The notes: generated by a model not told the origin, from the letters alone. Positions 11,045 through 22,802 are shown, numbered from the stretch's first letter. The stretch is 64,000 bases of DNA from Syntrophales bacterium (GCA_963662405.2 CAXXKT010000002.1:256001-320000), one strand, 5' to 3'. A program made the numbers and translations.

Positions 11045-12244
11045 TCAGCTGTGATAGAGCGCGTTTATGTCCACATATTCGTGGGAGAGATCGGATGCGA
11101 GCATCCTGAACGATGCCTCACCCATGCCGAGCCGCACCAGGACCCGTATGGTATCCCGTTTCATAACCTTTTCAGCGGCATCTTTCTCTTTGATCCCCCG
11201 ACCGTTTCTAAAGAGAGGGACTTCATCGATAAAGAGTTCCAACGAGTCGGGCGGAAAGGGGATCCCCGTCGATCCCGCCGCCGATATGATCCTTCCCCAG
11301 TTCGGGTCTTCACCGAAAAAGGCCGTCTTGACAAGATTTGAACGTGCAACGGCATACGCTATCGTTTTCGCATCGTGGGCAGTCCGTGCGCCCTCGACAA
11401 CCACCTCGATCACCTTCGTCGCCCCCTCACCGTCCCTCACAATAGCCCGGGCAAGGGATCCCATCACATCGAACAGGGCCTCTCTGAATTGCGTACAATC
11501 AGGCGATCTTTCACCGAGCGTGGCATTGCCGGCGACACCGTTTGCCAGGATGACCGCGGTATCGTTCGTGCTCATGCATCCATCCACCGAGATGCTGTTG
11601 AAGCTTGTGTCGGCCGATTCTCTAAAGAGATGGTTCAGATAGATCCGGTCAATATCGACATCCGTCAGGACAAAGGAGAGCATCGTCGCCATATTCGGTT
11701 CGATCATGCCAGCCCCCTTGGCAACACCGCAAAGGGTGATTTCCTTTCCCCCGACAACACATCTGCGCCGCTCCACTTTCGGGAAGCGATCCGTGGTCAT
11801 AATCCCCTCCGCAACGGCAGAGATACCATCGGAGGTCAGTCCCTCGACGAGAGGGCCTACGGAGCAGGTAATCTTTTCGAGGGGAAGTCTCTCGCCAATG
11901 ATACCGGTAGAGGCCACAAGAACCAGTTCATCCGCTATCCCCAGCTGCCCTGAAACGGCCAATGACATGGCGGCGGCGTCCCGATACCCCTCTTCTCCGG
12001 TCGCTGCATTGGCATTCCCGCTGTTGACCACAATCGCCTGACTCCTGCCGGCCTTGATTCTCTCCATGTCAATGATGATCGGAGCCGCCTTGAAGCGGTT
12101 GGTCGTAAAGACACCTGCCGCGCCGGCTGGGACCTCTGAAAAGATCAGGGCGAGATCTCTCCCTCCCCCGTTCTTTATCCCCGAAGCAACCGAACTCCCT
12201 AAAAAACCCGGAACATGAATAGTCATCGGTTTCATCGTCTCCAT
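11045..12244 (-). CDS. argJ: ornithine acetyltransferase/N-acetylglutamate synthase
   Basis: NSGNANA, IMTTD, KGAGMIEPNMATML, DGEGATK, DPNWGRI. Confidence 0.96.
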   Translation of the reverse strand: METMKPMTIHVPGFLGSSVASGIKNGGGRDLALIFSEVPAGAAGVFTTNRFKAAPIIIDMERIKAGRSQAIVVNSGNANAATGEEGYRDAAAMSLAVSGQLGIADELVLVASTGIIGERLPLEKITCSVGPLVEGLTSDGISAVAEGIMTTDRFPKVERRRCVVGGKEITLCGVAKGAGMIEPNMATMLSFVLTDVDIDRIYLNHLFRESADTSFNSISVDGCMSTNDTAVILANGVAGNATLGERSPDCTQFREALFDVMGSLARAIVRDGEGATKVIEVVVEGARTAHDAKTIAYAVARSNLVKTAFFGEDPNWGRIISAAGSTGIPFPPDSLELFIDEVPLFRNGRGIKEKDAAEKVMKRDTIRVLVRLGMGEASFRMLASDLSHEYVDINALYHS

Positions 12245-12249
12245 CCCTT

Positions 12250-14772
12250 TCATCTGCCGCAGCAATGTTTGTATTTTTTGCCGCTGCCGCAGGGACAGGG
12301 GGCATTTCGACCGATCTTTTCGCTCTTCCTCTTGACGGTGGCGGGAGCGGCATCACCATCGCCCCGGCTCATCACGTAATCCTTTTTCTGCTTTTCCTCG
12401 ATTCGCTTCACCTGTTCGTCGCTCTGCACCTCCACAATACAGAGCTTCTCCAGGGTATCCGCCTTGATACGATACACCATCTCCATGAACATATCGTACC
12501 CCTCTTTTTGATACTCCCTGACGGGATCCTTCTGCCCGTATCCCCGGAGGCCGATCCCTTCCTTGAGGTGATCCATCCCGAGGAGATGATCCTTCCAGTG
12601 AGAATCGATTGCCTGGAGCATGATGACCCGCATGATGTATTCCATGAGGTCCGCGCCGAATCTCTTTTCCTTGTCGCGGAGTACGTTCATAACGTCAGAC
12701 AGAATCGCTTCAATGGTCCCCTCGCGGGTCACCTCCGCCCCTTCCGCTCCATCAAAGGACCGCCGTATATAAAACTGTTTATATACGGCATCACTCAGGC
12801 CCTGGAGATCCCACTCATCCGGCCGAGCCTTTTCATCGAGATAGTCATAGACTATATCCTCAACAATCTCTTGCAGCATATCATCGATCGTCGCCCACAG
12901 GTCACTCCCGTCAAGAACATTGCGGCGCTGTTCATAGATCACCTGCCTTTGCCGATTCATCACGTCGTCATATTCCAAGAGATGTTTTCTGATATCGAAA
13001 TTCTGTCCTTCAACCCTTCTCTGGGCGCTCTCGATAGCCCTGCTGATGAGTTTGTGTTCGATAGGCTCTCCCGCCTCCACACCGATCCTGTCCATCACGG
13101 ACGATATCCTCTCGGCACCGAAGATCCGGAGGAGATCATCTTCAAGGGACAGGTAAAAACGTGACGATCCTTTGTCACCCTGTCTCCCGGACCGGCCCCT
13201 GAGCTGGTTGTCGATCCGTCTGCTCTCGTGGCGTTCGGTCCCCAAGATATGGAGACCACCCAATTCGGCCACCCCCTCACCCAGCTTGATGTCCGTTCCT
13301 CTCCCCGCCATGTTGGTGGATATCGTAACGGCCCCCGGCTGGCCGGCCTGAGCGATAATCTCCGCCTCTTTTTCATGGTTTTTGGCGTTTAGAACGTTGT
13401 GCTTGATCCCCCGCTTCGCCAGTTGCTTGCTGAGAAGCTCCGATTTTTCGATGGAGATGGTCCCGACGAGGACCGACCGGCCTTGCCCATGCAGATCCCG
13501 TATCTCTTCGATAGCGGCTTCGAACTTCTCCGCCTCCGTCTTATAGATGACATCCGGATGGTCGATCCGTATCATCGGCATATTGGTGGGAACGATAACC
13601 ACTTCGAGGTTGTAGATCTTTTTAAATTCAGTTGCCTCGGTGTCAGCCGTTCCGGTCATCCCCGCCAGCTTTTCATACATCCTGAAATAGTTCTGGAAGG
13701 TAACGGAGGCCAGTGTCTGATTTTCCCTCTCTATTTTGACCTTCTCCTTCGCCTCGAGTGCCTGATGAAGACCGTCGCTGTACCGTCTGCCGGGCATTAC
13801 CCTCCCGGTAAACTCATCCACGATAACAACTTGTCCGTCTTTGACGAGGTAATCGATATCCCTCTTGAAAAGGGTATGCGCCTTCAAGGCCTGGTTCACA
13901 TGGTGAAGTATCTCTATATTCTGAGGTTCATACAGATTCTGAACATTGAGAAGCCGTTCGATCTTGGCCACCCCGTCTTCCGTCAGGACCACCGTCCGAC
14001 TCTTCTCGTCTATCGTGTAATCCAGGTCCCTTTTCAGACGGGGAATGCTCTGGTTGATCCGGTAATATTTATCGGTCGATTCTTCGGACGGCCCGGAAAT
14101 GATAAGGGGGGTCCGAGCCTCATCGATCAGGATACTGTCCACCTCATCGACGATGGCAAAATAGAACTCTCTTTGGACATAACTCCCCAGTTGGAAGCTC
14201 ATATTGTCACGCAGATAATCAAACCCGAATTCGTTATTGGTACCGTAGGTAACATCACAGCGGTATGCATCGCGTCTCTGGGTGTCATCCATGCCATGGA
14301 CAACCACCCCAACAGTCAGACCGAGAAACTCGTAGATGGGCGCCATCCACTCCGCGTCCCTCTTTGCCAAATAGTCATTCACCGTGACTACGTGAACGCC
14401 TTTGCCCGTTAGCGCGTTGAGGTAGACCGGCATCGTCGATGCGAGGGTTTTCCCCTCCCCCGTCTTCATCTCCGCAATCTTACCTTCATGCAGGACAATC
14501 CCTCCGATCACCTGGGCGTCAAAGGGGCGCATCTTCAGCGTTCGCCTTGAGACCTCCCGGACAACGGCGAATGCCTCCATGAGGATATCATCGAGTGAGG
14601 CCCCCCCCGCCAGTTTCTCTTTGAAATAAGGGGTCTTGGCCTTCAGTGCAACGTCGGTCAAACTCTCGATGGAGGGCTCCAGATCGCTCACACCCTGCAT
14701 GATAGAATTCAGGCGTTTGATTTCTCTATCGTTTTTACTTCCAACAATCTTCTTCAACAAATAATTGAACAT
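12250..14772 (-). CDS. secA: preprotein translocase SecA
   Basis: [35 protein letters not shown]-terminal [13 protein letters not shown]. Confidence 0.99.
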   Translation of the reverse strand: MFNYLLKKIVGSKNDREIKRLNSIMQGVSDLEPSIESLTDVALKAKTPYFKEKLAGGASLDDILMEAFAVVREVSRRTLKMRPFDAQVIGGIVLHEGKIAEMKTGEGKTLASTMPVYLNALTGKGVHVVTVNDYLAKRDAEWMAPIYEFLGLTVGVVVHGMDDTQRRDAYRCDVTYGTNNEFGFDYLRDNMSFQLGSYVQREFYFAIVDEVDSILIDEARTPLIISGPSEESTDKYYRINQSIPRLKRDLDYTIDEKSRTVVLTEDGVAKIERLLNVQNLYEPQNIEILHHVNQALKAHTLFKRDIDYLVKDGQVVIVDEFTGRVMPGRRYSDGLHQALEAKEKVKIERENQTLASVTFQNYFRMYEKLAGMTGTADTEATEFKKIYNLEVVIVPTNMPMIRIDHPDVIYKTEAEKFEAAIEEIRDLHGQGRSVLVGTISIEKSELLSKQLAKRGIKHNVLNAKNHEKEAEIIAQAGQPGAVTISTNMAGRGTDIKLGEGVAELGGLHILGTERHESRRIDNQLRGRSGRQGDKGSSRFYLSLEDDLLRIFGAERISSVMDRIGVEAGEPIEHKLISRAIESAQRRVEGQNFDIRKHLLEYDDVMNRQRQVIYEQRRNVLDGSDLWATIDDMLQEIVEDIVYDYLDEKARPDEWDLQGLSDAVYKQFYIRRSFDGAEGAEVTREGTIEAILSDVMNVLRDKEKRFGADLMEYIMRVIMLQAIDSHWKDHLLGMDHLKEGIGLRGYGQKDPVREYQKEGYDMFMEMVYRIKADTLEKLCIVEVQSDEQVKRIEEKQKKDYVMSRGDGDAAPATVKRKSEKIGRNAPCPCGSGKKYKHCCGR

Positions 14773-14853
14773 AATGACACCACAAAAAAACCCGGCAACA
14801 CAATATTACCGGGAGTGTTTACTCAGACGGGGACCGGACATGGTTGTCAGGGG

Positions 14854-15765
14854 TTAAAACAGGAATCTCCTCGGATCGACATAGGCACCATCCTTACAAA
14901 TACCATAATGCAGGTGAGGACCGGTGCTTCTGCCGGAATTTCCCACATATCCGATAACATCCCCCCTTTTGATCGTCTGCCCCCTCTTGACATCTCCCTT
15001 TCTGAGCAGATGTCCGTACACCGTGACCACACCGTTTCCATGTTTTATCTCGACCATATTCCCCATGCCCCTCTCTTCCTGGACCCTTGAGACTACGCCA
15101 TTTGCAGGGGCTACAATCTCCCTTCCGATCTCGGTGGCAATATCGATTCCCCGGTGAAACTCTCTCTTGCCGGTAAACGGCGAGACGCGGTATCCGAATT
15201 CCGATGTTGTCCAGCCGATCACCGGCCATATGGAGGGGGTTGAAGCCAGTATCGACTTCTGCTTTCCCAGTAAATCGAGAAGCTCCGAAAAACTGTCTCT
15301 TTGAAGGGCGGCACCGTCAAGCAGTTCATCCATATGCTCATGTATCTTCTCGATCAGGGAGGATTCCACCTCTGCCGCACGTGACGAGACCTTTTCATCA
15401 CCGGGAACCGGTCCCCCTATTCCGAGCATCTGGCTGCCGCTTTGATTCTCATCATCGAGATTCGTCATAATGCGAATCTTTCTGTCGAATTGTGCCAGAT
15501 TCAACATGCTTCGCTCGAAATCACTGACCTTACTGGCCAGAAAATCAAGGCGATCCTGTTGTATGGAGGTCAACCGTTCCAAACCGGCAAGCTTTTCCAA
15601 GTCGTTCCGATTCTCGATGTAGTGGTAAGACAAATACCCGATGGAGACGAGCACACTGATAATAAGAACAGAAAAGAATGAGAGAAATAATGAGGAAATA
15701 CGAACCTTCTTGATTGATCCCTTTCCCTGGGGAATAGCAAGAATGGTGTAGTATTTATTGCCCAT
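14854..15765 (-). CDS. M23 family metallopeptidase
   Basis: N-terminal TM and coiled coil; HRGID, YGHL, STGPHLHY. Confidence 0.92.
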   Translation of the reverse strand: MGNKYYTILAIPQGKGSIKKVRISSLFLSFFSVLIISVLVSIGYLSYHYIENRNDLEKLAGLERLTSIQQDRLDFLASKVSDFERSMLNLAQFDRKIRIMTNLDDENQSGSQMLGIGGPVPGDEKVSSRAAEVESSLIEKIHEHMDELLDGAALQRDSFSELLDLLGKQKSILASTPSIWPVIGWTTSEFGYRVSPFTGKREFHRGIDIATEIGREIVAPANGVVSRVQEERGMGNMVEIKHGNGVVTVYGHLLRKGDVKRGQTIKRGDVIGYVGNSGRSTGPHLHYGICKDGAYVDPRRFLF

Positions 15766-15958
15766 CCTGGATCCTCTCACGAAACGACAAAACGAACGAC
15801 TCAGCCCCCTGCACCAAAAACCGCATGGCAACCGTCCAGCCGGTTCTCAGGACGCGGCCAATCCCTCTTATCAAGTACGGAAACTCCTGCAGCTGGCTCA
15901 CTGCACCTTGCAGGAAGTTACCATAGCCAGATGAAATGTCAAGGCAAGATTGAAGCCT

Positions 15959-17905
15959 CTACGCCCTTTTTTCAACCGATATGAGGGGGTCCCCCACATT
16001 GATTTCGTCTCCCGGGGATACGTTCACTTCCGCAACCACTCCATTTATCTCGGAGATTACATTGTTGAGCATCTTCATGGCCTCAAGAACAATGAGCGTC
16101 TGCCCCGCAGAGACCTCTTCCCCCTCCGTCACAGGAACCTCGCTGACCGTTCCTTTGATCGGTGACCTGATATCGCCGGATTGCGCCAGCTCATCAATCT
16201 CCTTGGCCGAGAGTGTGGCTTCCTTTCTCTTTGCGCCTCCCTCCGGCTCAAGCTCCGTCAAGATGGGTTCGGGGTGGTGATTAATGTTCAGATACACAAT
16301 GGCATCGCCCGTCTTGGTCGTCTGCTTCGGGCCGATCTCTATGATATGGTGTTTGCCGTAAGCATCGGAGAATTCGAATTTTTCACCAAGGGTAAAGCCT
16401 CCCTTCTTGAACCACACACCGGGGGACAAAACCCACGCCTTGCCGTACTTTTCTTCGAATTTTAAAAAGTTCACGGCATCATTCGGGTGCTGAAGGTACA
16501 GGACAAATTCGTCCTCCGAGGCGGTACGCCCGAGGCGGTGCTCAAGCACCTTTTTCTCCACCGCCAGATCAATATCATCAATCTTCTGGTACCCTTTCTC
16601 CCTCTCTACGATCGTCTTCCAATCCGGACCGAATACCGCCTCATACACATCATCGGGAGGCTGATAAAAGGGGAGAGCACCGTACCGCCCCAGCATCAGG
16701 TTTTTCAGATCGTCATTCGCTTCTTTATATCTCTTTCCACTCAAGACATTGCTGACGGCCGTGGTCCACAGGATCTGAGAACCGGGGGTGACGCTCCACC
16801 AGTTTCCCAGTTCGGTCTGAACACGGGGCAGCTCCTGCTGAAGGATCTCCGACATGAGGGGCAGAAAATCGCCCTTGACCGCCTGCTCGAAGCTCGATCC
16901 CGTCGCCCCGCCAGGAAGCTTGTGGGTCTGAACCGTGGGATCGAAACCGAGAAACTGTGACTCGAAGTCCTTGTAATGCTCGCGCTCCGGGCGCAGTTTG
17001 TTGGAGGTGTCGACAACGGCCTGCCGGTCGATCCCCAATGCCCGATGGCCATACTCCTCCAGCGTATCGATCACCGTCAGTATCGGCGGAGGACCATAGA
17101 AACCGGTGAAGGCATGATCCGCCGCATCCACAATCTTTGCCCCGTTTCGAACGGCTTCAATGATTCTTCCCACATCGTTTCCGTCCGTGTTATGGCCGTG
17201 GTAATGGACGATGAGATCCGGATACGCATCCAGGATGGCCCGTACCAGGTCGCCGATTCTCTTGGATGATCCCAGTCCGCCGTGGTTCTTGATGCAGAGA
17301 ATAATATCCTCGCCGGTGACGGTCAGGATCTCTTTCACCTTCTTGACATAAAACGCGTCGGTGTGCTCCGGTCCCGTCGAAAAGCAGATCGAGGGTTCCA
17401 AGATGCAGCCCGCATCTTTTACCTCTTCAAAGACCGCCGTCATGTTGGGGATATAATTCAGAAAATCAAAGACCCTCCAGACATGGACATAGCGGGCAAA
17501 ATTTCGGACCGTCAATCGGATCACATTCTCGGGATAGGGGCGGTAGCCGAAGAGATTGATTCCCCTGCAGAGTGTCTGAAACATCGTATCGGGCATGAGC
17601 GCACTGAGCATCTCCAGTTTTTCCAGGGGACTGATCTGTCTCCGGAGCATATCAACGTGAACGGAAGCCCCCCCCGTTATCTCAAGGGAAAAATAGCCGG
17701 CGTCGTTCCGCTCTTTCGAGACGAGGATCTGGGTGTGGGGCATGATCCGGTTCTTGAAGTCTGACTGCGAAAGATCCCGTTCCGTATTCGTTATGTAATA
17801 CCCCTCGCCGGCCCTGACCCTGCCGAGGACGTGGGCCGCTCCGCTCTCCCGTAGATCCCGGGGCGTAATCCGTTCACTGATGCCCTGCTGGTTCACCATT
17901 GTCAT
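15959..17905 (-). CDS. pyruvate carboxylase subunit B-like carboxyltransferase with biotinyl domain
   Basis: TERD, LEITGGA, HYHGHNT, PGG, VTPGSQ; C-terminal EAMKM. Confidence 0.85.
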   Translation of the reverse strand: MTMVNQQGISERITPRDLRESGAAHVLGRVRAGEGYYITNTERDLSQSDFKNRIMPHTQILVSKERNDAGYFSLEITGGASVHVDMLRRQISPLEKLEMLSALMPDTMFQTLCRGINLFGYRPYPENVIRLTVRNFARYVHVWRVFDFLNYIPNMTAVFEEVKDAGCILEPSICFSTGPEHTDAFYVKKVKEILTVTGEDIILCIKNHGGLGSSKRIGDLVRAILDAYPDLIVHYHGHNTDGNDVGRIIEAVRNGAKIVDAADHAFTGFYGPPPILTVIDTLEEYGHRALGIDRQAVVDTSNKLRPEREHYKDFESQFLGFDPTVQTHKLPGGATGSSFEQAVKGDFLPLMSEILQQELPRVQTELGNWWSVTPGSQILWTTAVSNVLSGKRYKEANDDLKNLMLGRYGALPFYQPPDDVYEAVFGPDWKTIVEREKGYQKIDDIDLAVEKKVLEHRLGRTASEDEFVLYLQHPNDAVNFLKFEEKYGKAWVLSPGVWFKKGGFTLGEKFEFSDAYGKHHIIEIGPKQTTKTGDAIVYLNINHHPEPILTELEPEGGAKRKEATLSAKEIDELAQSGDIRSPIKGTVSEVPVTEGEEVSAGQTLIVLEAMKMLNNVISEINGVVAEVNVSPGDEINVGDPLISVEKRA

Positions 17906-18012
17906 TCCTTTCAGCTCTCAACGCCTTATCTCTTCATGAGCCCCGCTGCGCGGGATACGTGCGCTCACAAAAACCCTCCTCGCAAAAACTGCGGGAAACG
18001 ATTTCCAAATCA

Positions 18013-19473
18013 CTAATAAGCATAGGGGTTTATCTTCTTCGCATGGATTTCTGCAATCAACTGCGAGAGTTTGGCGACTTCACGCTTCTGCTCCGGATAT
18101 TCGAATACACAAGCATGGGTGTCCAAATACGAGGTATCAAACTTCCCCTTCCGGAAATCCGGCTCATCACAAATTGCCAGGTAAAACGGTATGGTCGTCT
18201 TCGGACCGACAATCAAAAAGTCATTGAGCGCCCGCTTCAGGCGCTGCACCGCCTGTTCCCAGTTGTGTCCACGGACAGTCATTTTAACCAGGAGAGAATC
18301 GTATTCCGTCGGAATATTGTACCCCTGGTACGCAATCCCGTCGAGTCTGATGCCGGGGCCTCCCGGAGACTGGTAAACCTCTACCCGTTTTCCCCCTTCC
18401 GGCATGAAATCATTCTTGGGGTCTTCCGCATTCACCCGTACCTGGATGGCCTTCCCCAACAGGTGGAAACGCACCTCGGGGATATCCAGATGGGCCCCCT
18501 GAGCGATCATGATCTGCTCCCGCACGATATCGACACCGGTCAAGGCCTCGGTCACCGTATGTTCAACCTGAAGTCGCGTGTTCATCTCCATGAACCAGAA
18601 TTCGTTCGTGGCGGGATCAACCAGAAACTCGACGGTTCCCGCACTGACATACCCGGCCTTCCGGGCCGCAAGAACGGCTGTTTCACACATCGCGGTGAGG
18701 ACATCCTTCGGAAGATCGGCAGGAGCGATCTCTATCAGCTTCTGGTGTCTGCGCTGTATGGAACAATCCCGTGAGCCGAGGTGAATGACCTTCCCGTGCT
18801 GATCAGCCAGTATCTGGATCTCAACGTGACGAGGATTTTCGACACACTTTTCTATATAAATGTTCCCATCATTAAAGGCGTGGAGGGCCTCCAGTTTCGC
18901 CTGCGGTATCTGCGCAACCAGATCTTTGATATTCACTACTTTTCTAATGCCGCGTCCACCGCCACCGGAGGAGGCCTTCAGCATCAGGGGATACCCGTAC
19001 GTCTCGCCGAAGACGGTAGCCTCCCGCACTCCTTCCTCCCCTGGTGAGATATTACCAGTTCCCGGTATGACGGGGATCCCCGCCTTCTCCATGATTTCCC
19101 GCGCGACGATCTTGTTCCCCAAGTTATGCATTACATCAGGCGGAGGTCCGATAAAGGTAATCCCGGCATCCGCGCAGGCATTTGGAAAATCAGGATTTTC
19201 GGCAAGGAATCCGTATCCGGGGTGTATCGCATCGGCTCCACTCTTCCGGGCGGCCCAGATCATCCGATCGATATCGAGATAATCTTTTCTCGGACCAGCC
19301 CCAATCATGATGGCGTCATCCGCGAATCGAATAAAGAGCGCCTCCTTATCCGGATTTTCGTAAACAGCCACGGCCCCCAGGCCCAGTTCTCTGATCGTCC
19401 GAATCAGACGCAGTGCTATCTCACCCCTGTTGGCGACCAAAACCTTTTTTATCCTGTTTTCTGCCGTCGTCAT
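18013..19473 (-). CDS. biotin carboxylase subunit (pyruvate carboxylase subunit A-like)
   Basis: ANRGEIA, HPGYGFLAEN, GGGGRGIR, RDCSIQRRHQKLIE, EMNTRLQVEH. Confidence 0.93.
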   Translation of the reverse strand: MTTAENRIKKVLVANRGEIALRLIRTIRELGLGAVAVYENPDKEALFIRFADDAIMIGAGPRKDYLDIDRMIWAARKSGADAIHPGYGFLAENPDFPNACADAGITFIGPPPDVMHNLGNKIVAREIMEKAGIPVIPGTGNISPGEEGVREATVFGETYGYPLMLKASSGGGGRGIRKVVNIKDLVAQIPQAKLEALHAFNDGNIYIEKCVENPRHVEIQILADQHGKVIHLGSRDCSIQRRHQKLIEIAPADLPKDVLTAMCETAVLAARKAGYVSAGTVEFLVDPATNEFWFMEMNTRLQVEHTVTEALTGVDIVREQIMIAQGAHLDIPEVRFHLLGKAIQVRVNAEDPKNDFMPEGGKRVEVYQSPGGPGIRLDGIAYQGYNIPTEYDSLLVKMTVRGHNWEQAVQRLKRALNDFLIVGPKTTIPFYLAICDEPDFRKGKFDTSYLDTHACVFEYPEQKREVAKLSQLIAEIHAKKINPYAY

Positions 19474-19626
19474 GTGTAGTACCCTTCCAAGCCCAGTAAT
19501 AATGATAAGAAGTCGGGCATGCTATCTTCAAGATCAAATTATGTCAAGCAAATTGAGATCACGGCGGTTCCGAAAGGAGCATAAGGTCACGCCCCAGGGC
19601 CGCAGGATCCGCACGCGACGATCCCC

Positions 19627-20157
19627 TTACATCGTGTTTTTCAATTCATTCGCAAATGCGTCATATACATCCTGACTAAACAGGACAAATCTGACCAGCT
19701 CTATTTCCTGACGGTTCTTCACATAATCGATAGTGGTTTCGAGGGCAATATGCGCCGCCTCTTTCAGTGGATAACCGTATACTCCCGCACTGATCGCGGG
19801 GAAAGCGACGCTCTTCAATCCCTTTTCCGTCACCCTCTTGAGACTCTCTCGATAAGCGCTCCTCAGGAGATCGGCTTCCCCTTGGCCACCACCCCGATAC
19901 ACCGGTCCCACCGTGTGAATAACGGCGCGTGCCTTGAGATTCCCTCCTCCGGTCACCACCGCCTCCCCGGTGGGACAGGAACCGATCCGCCTGCACTCCT
20001 CCATGATGGAAGGTCCTCCCGCTCGATGGATAGCACCGTCAACACCCCCGCCGCCTCGGAGTCCCGAGTTTGCGGCATTGACGATGGCATCCGTCTCCTC
20101 CCGCGTGATATCTCCCCGTACGAGGGAGATCACCGTATTGTTGACTGTCAGCTCCAT
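19627..20157 (-). CDS. ymdB: macrodomain O-acetyl-ADP-ribose deacetylase
   Basis: GDIT, IVNAAN, GGGGVDGAIH, AFPAISAGVYGYP. Confidence 0.9.
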   Translation of the reverse strand: MELTVNNTVISLVRGDITREETDAIVNAANSGLRGGGGVDGAIHRAGGPSIMEECRRIGSCPTGEAVVTGGGNLKARAVIHTVGPVYRGGGQGEADLLRSAYRESLKRVTEKGLKSVAFPAISAGVYGYPLKEAAHIALETTIDYVKNRQEIELVRFVLFSQDVYDAFANELKNTM

Positions 20158-20320
20158 CTTTGACCCTCCCCTATTTCGACCATATCACCAATGACTTCGC
20201 ATCTAGTATAACGACATGACCCGCAAAGTCAAACAGGGGGCGGGGACTTTTTTGTTGAAAACCGGCCTGCTCCATGGTAGCTACTCCTATCTTTTGCATC
20301 GACACTATCCGACGTATGGC

Positions 20321-20689
20321 ATGTATAAAACAGGGCTTGAGAAAACAACGGAAGAGATATTCCAGGAACGGGCCGATGTCCTGTATCGTACCGGTGAAGC
20401 CCTGTCCGAAGCCCTCCAGAAACTGACCTCCATCGAAAAGAGTGTTGACAGGATCATAGAAGATCTCAACACAGGTACTGAACACGAGAAATCGGGCACT
20501 CTCGGCACATTGTATGCGAGGGTAAACAGGGAGATATCCCGGTATAATAAGGCGCGGGAACACGCCAAACTGAGATATCACTATCTTATCATTACCCGAG
20601 AGGCCATGGGTATTCGGAGACATACCTGGGTGGATGAGGTGTACCGAATTCCTCCCCGAAAGCAACCGGTGGGCAAAACCTGTGAATAG
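20321..20689 (+). CDS. hypothetical helical protein
   Basis: ORF overlapping pcm start; LIITREAMG segment; start uncertain (20216 alternative). Confidence 0.65.
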   Translation: MYKTGLEKTTEEIFQERADVLYRTGEALSEALQKLTSIEKSVDRIIEDLNTGTEHEKSGTLGTLYARVNREISRYNKAREHAKLRYHYLIITREAMGIRRHTWVDEVYRIPPRKQPVGKTCE

Positions 20690-21335
20690 ATATAACAGAC
20701 AAAGAACTCGGATGATCGAAGCCCAGCTCAAGGGACGAGGCATCTCCGACGAGAGGGTGCTGAAGGCAATGGCCGCGGTCCCACGGCATCTCTTCGTGGA
20801 AGAGGGCCTCCAGGACCAGGCATATTCAGACAGCCCCCTTCCCATCGGTTCCAGGCAGACGATCTCCCAACCTTATATCGTGGCGCTGATGACCGAAGCC
20901 CTGGCACTGAGGGGAGACGAAAAGGTCCTGGAAATCGGGACCGGCTGCGGATATCAGACAGCTATCCTGGCGAAACTGGTTGAGCGGGTATTTTCGATCG
21001 AGAGGCTCGCCTCTCTGGCCTTCAAGGCTCAGCGGACACTGGACTCACTCCACTACTACAACGTCCTGATCAGGGTGGGAGACGGGACATACGGATGGAG
21101 TGAAGAGGCACCTTTCGAGGCGATCATCACCACCGCCGGAGCACCGATAATTCCCGCGACCCTGACGGGGCAACTGGCCGTCGGGGGACGACTGATCATT
21201 CCGGTCGGAACCAAAAGTTCGCAGACACTGGTCAAGATAACACGCCGCTCCGCAGAAAAGGATGATTTCAAAACGGAAGATATCTGCGGCTGTCGCTTTG
21301 TCTCTCTTATAGGGGAACACGGATGGAAGGATTGA
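20682..21335 (+). CDS. pcm: protein-L-isoaspartate O-methyltransferase
   Basis: VPRHLFV, QTISQPYIVA, VLEIGTGCGYQTA. Confidence 0.96.
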   Translation: MNRYNRQRTRMIEAQLKGRGISDERVLKAMAAVPRHLFVEEGLQDQAYSDSPLPIGSRQTISQPYIVALMTEALALRGDEKVLEIGTGCGYQTAILAKLVERVFSIERLASLAFKAQRTLDSLHYYNVLIRVGDGTYGWSEEAPFEAIITTAGAPIIPATLTGQLAVGGRLIIPVGTKSSQTLVKITRRSAEKDDFKTEDICGCRFVSLIGEHGWKD

Positions 21336-21343
21336 GGTAGGAT

Positions 21344-21925
21344 ATGCTGAGAAGACTGTACGACTGGGTCCTCAGCTGGGCTGAAACGCCGTACGGGACA
21401 TGGGCGCTTTTTCTCCTCGCCCTGGCCGAGTCCAGCTTCTTCCCGATACCGCCCGATGTCCTGCTGATCGCCCTGGCAATATCAATCCCGGCAAGAGCCT
21501 TCCGGTACGCCCTGATCTGTGCGGCGGGTTCGCTCCTCGGGGGCGTGGGAGGATACGCGATCGGATACCAATTCATGGATCTGATCGGGATGAGAATCGT
21601 CGAGTTTTATGGGGTTACACAGCAATACGACGCAGTCGGCAACCTGTATGATCGCTATAATGCGTGGGCCGTCGGGATCGCCGGTTTTACGCCCATCCCT
21701 TACAAGGTCTTTACCATATCGGCAGGCGCCTTCAAGATCAACTTTCTGATTTTCTTCATTGCCTCGGCGATCAGCAGGTCGGCTCGCTTTTTCCTGGTCG
21801 GGTGGCTGATCTATGCGTTCGGGCCGGAGATCAGACAATTTATCGATCGATATTTCAATATCCTCGCTGTTCTTTTTGTCGTGCTCCTTATCGGGGGTTT
21901 CATCATCATTAAATATGTGTTATGA
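21344..21925 (+). CDS. YqaA/DedA-family membrane protein
   Basis: ESSFFPIPPDVLL, GFTPIPYKVFTI. Confidence 0.9.
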   Translation: MLRRLYDWVLSWAETPYGTWALFLLALAESSFFPIPPDVLLIALAISIPARAFRYALICAAGSLLGGVGGYAIGYQFMDLIGMRIVEFYGVTQQYDAVGNLYDRYNAWAVGIAGFTPIPYKVFTISAGAFKINFLIFFIASAISRSARFFLVGWLIYAFGPEIRQFIDRYFNILAVLFVVLLIGGFIIIKYVL

Positions 21926-21935
21926 GCGGGGCGCT

Positions 21936-22793
21936 ATGGAACGAAATAAAATTCTTCTCATCTTGTTCGTTACGTTGTTTGTCACCTCTTTCGTCACCGG
22001 TTGCGTCACCACGCCTCAGACCGGCGGCGGGGTCTATCATATTGTCAAAAAAGGAGAAACCCTGTGGCGTATAGCCCGGGCCTATAACACCACTCCCGAT
22101 GAGCTATCCACAGCAAACAACCTCCCCGATACCACCATAGAGGCAGGGGGGGTACTCTTTATTCCCCATGCAACGAAATCCATCGATATCGCACCCGAGG
22201 CGCCTTCGGTTGCACCCGACGAACCGGTGGAGATAAAGAAGCACATCGTTCATGAAGAAGACCTGGGACCAACACGAGGGGAAAAATCGCCTGCCCCGAT
22301 CGCAACCCAGGGAAAGACTACGGGTGCCCTCATCCCCTCAGCCAGGGGGAAAATCGCTCCTCCCGCCGCAGCTTCGGGAAAGAGCGCCACGAAGTCCTCC
22401 CCTCAACCAAAGACGGCACGCGCCCGCTTTATCTGGCCGGTCGATGGTTCATTATCCTCAAGATTCGGCACATATAAAGGGATACGGCATAATGGAATCA
22501 AAATAGCTGCCTCCGAAGGAACACCGGTCCGGTCCGCCGCTAAGGGAACCGTGACCTTCGCGGCCCCCATGAAATATTTCGGGGAAACGGTCATCATCAA
22601 ACATAACGACATCTACTCGACCGTGTACTCCCATCTCAAGAAACGGACAGTCCGCCCGGGAGCCACGGTGAAACAGGGTGACAAAATCGGTCTCCTGGGG
22701 AAAGGAGAAGATGGAACAGCCTGTCTTTATTTTGAGATGCGTCGCAACAATAGGGCAAGCGACCCCCTTCGTTACCTTCCCAAAAAGGAATAA
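21936..22793 (+). CDS. LysM/M23 lipoprotein (NlpD-like, degenerate active site)
   Basis: Lipobox VTGC, LysM (YHIVKKGETLWRIA), M23 domain lacking HxxxD and HxH; follows pcm. Confidence 0.85.
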   Translation: MERNKILLILFVTLFVTSFVTGCVTTPQTGGGVYHIVKKGETLWRIARAYNTTPDELSTANNLPDTTIEAGGVLFIPHATKSIDIAPEAPSVAPDEPVEIKKHIVHEEDLGPTRGEKSPAPIATQGKTTGALIPSARGKIAPPAAASGKSATKSSPQPKTARARFIWPVDGSLSSRFGTYKGIRHNGIKIAASEGTPVRSAAKGTVTFAAPMKYFGETVIIKHNDIYSTVYSHLKKRTVRPGATVKQGDKIGLLGKGEDGTACLYFEMRRNNRASDPLRYLPKKE

Positions 22794-22802
22794 GGAGTCC
22801 CC

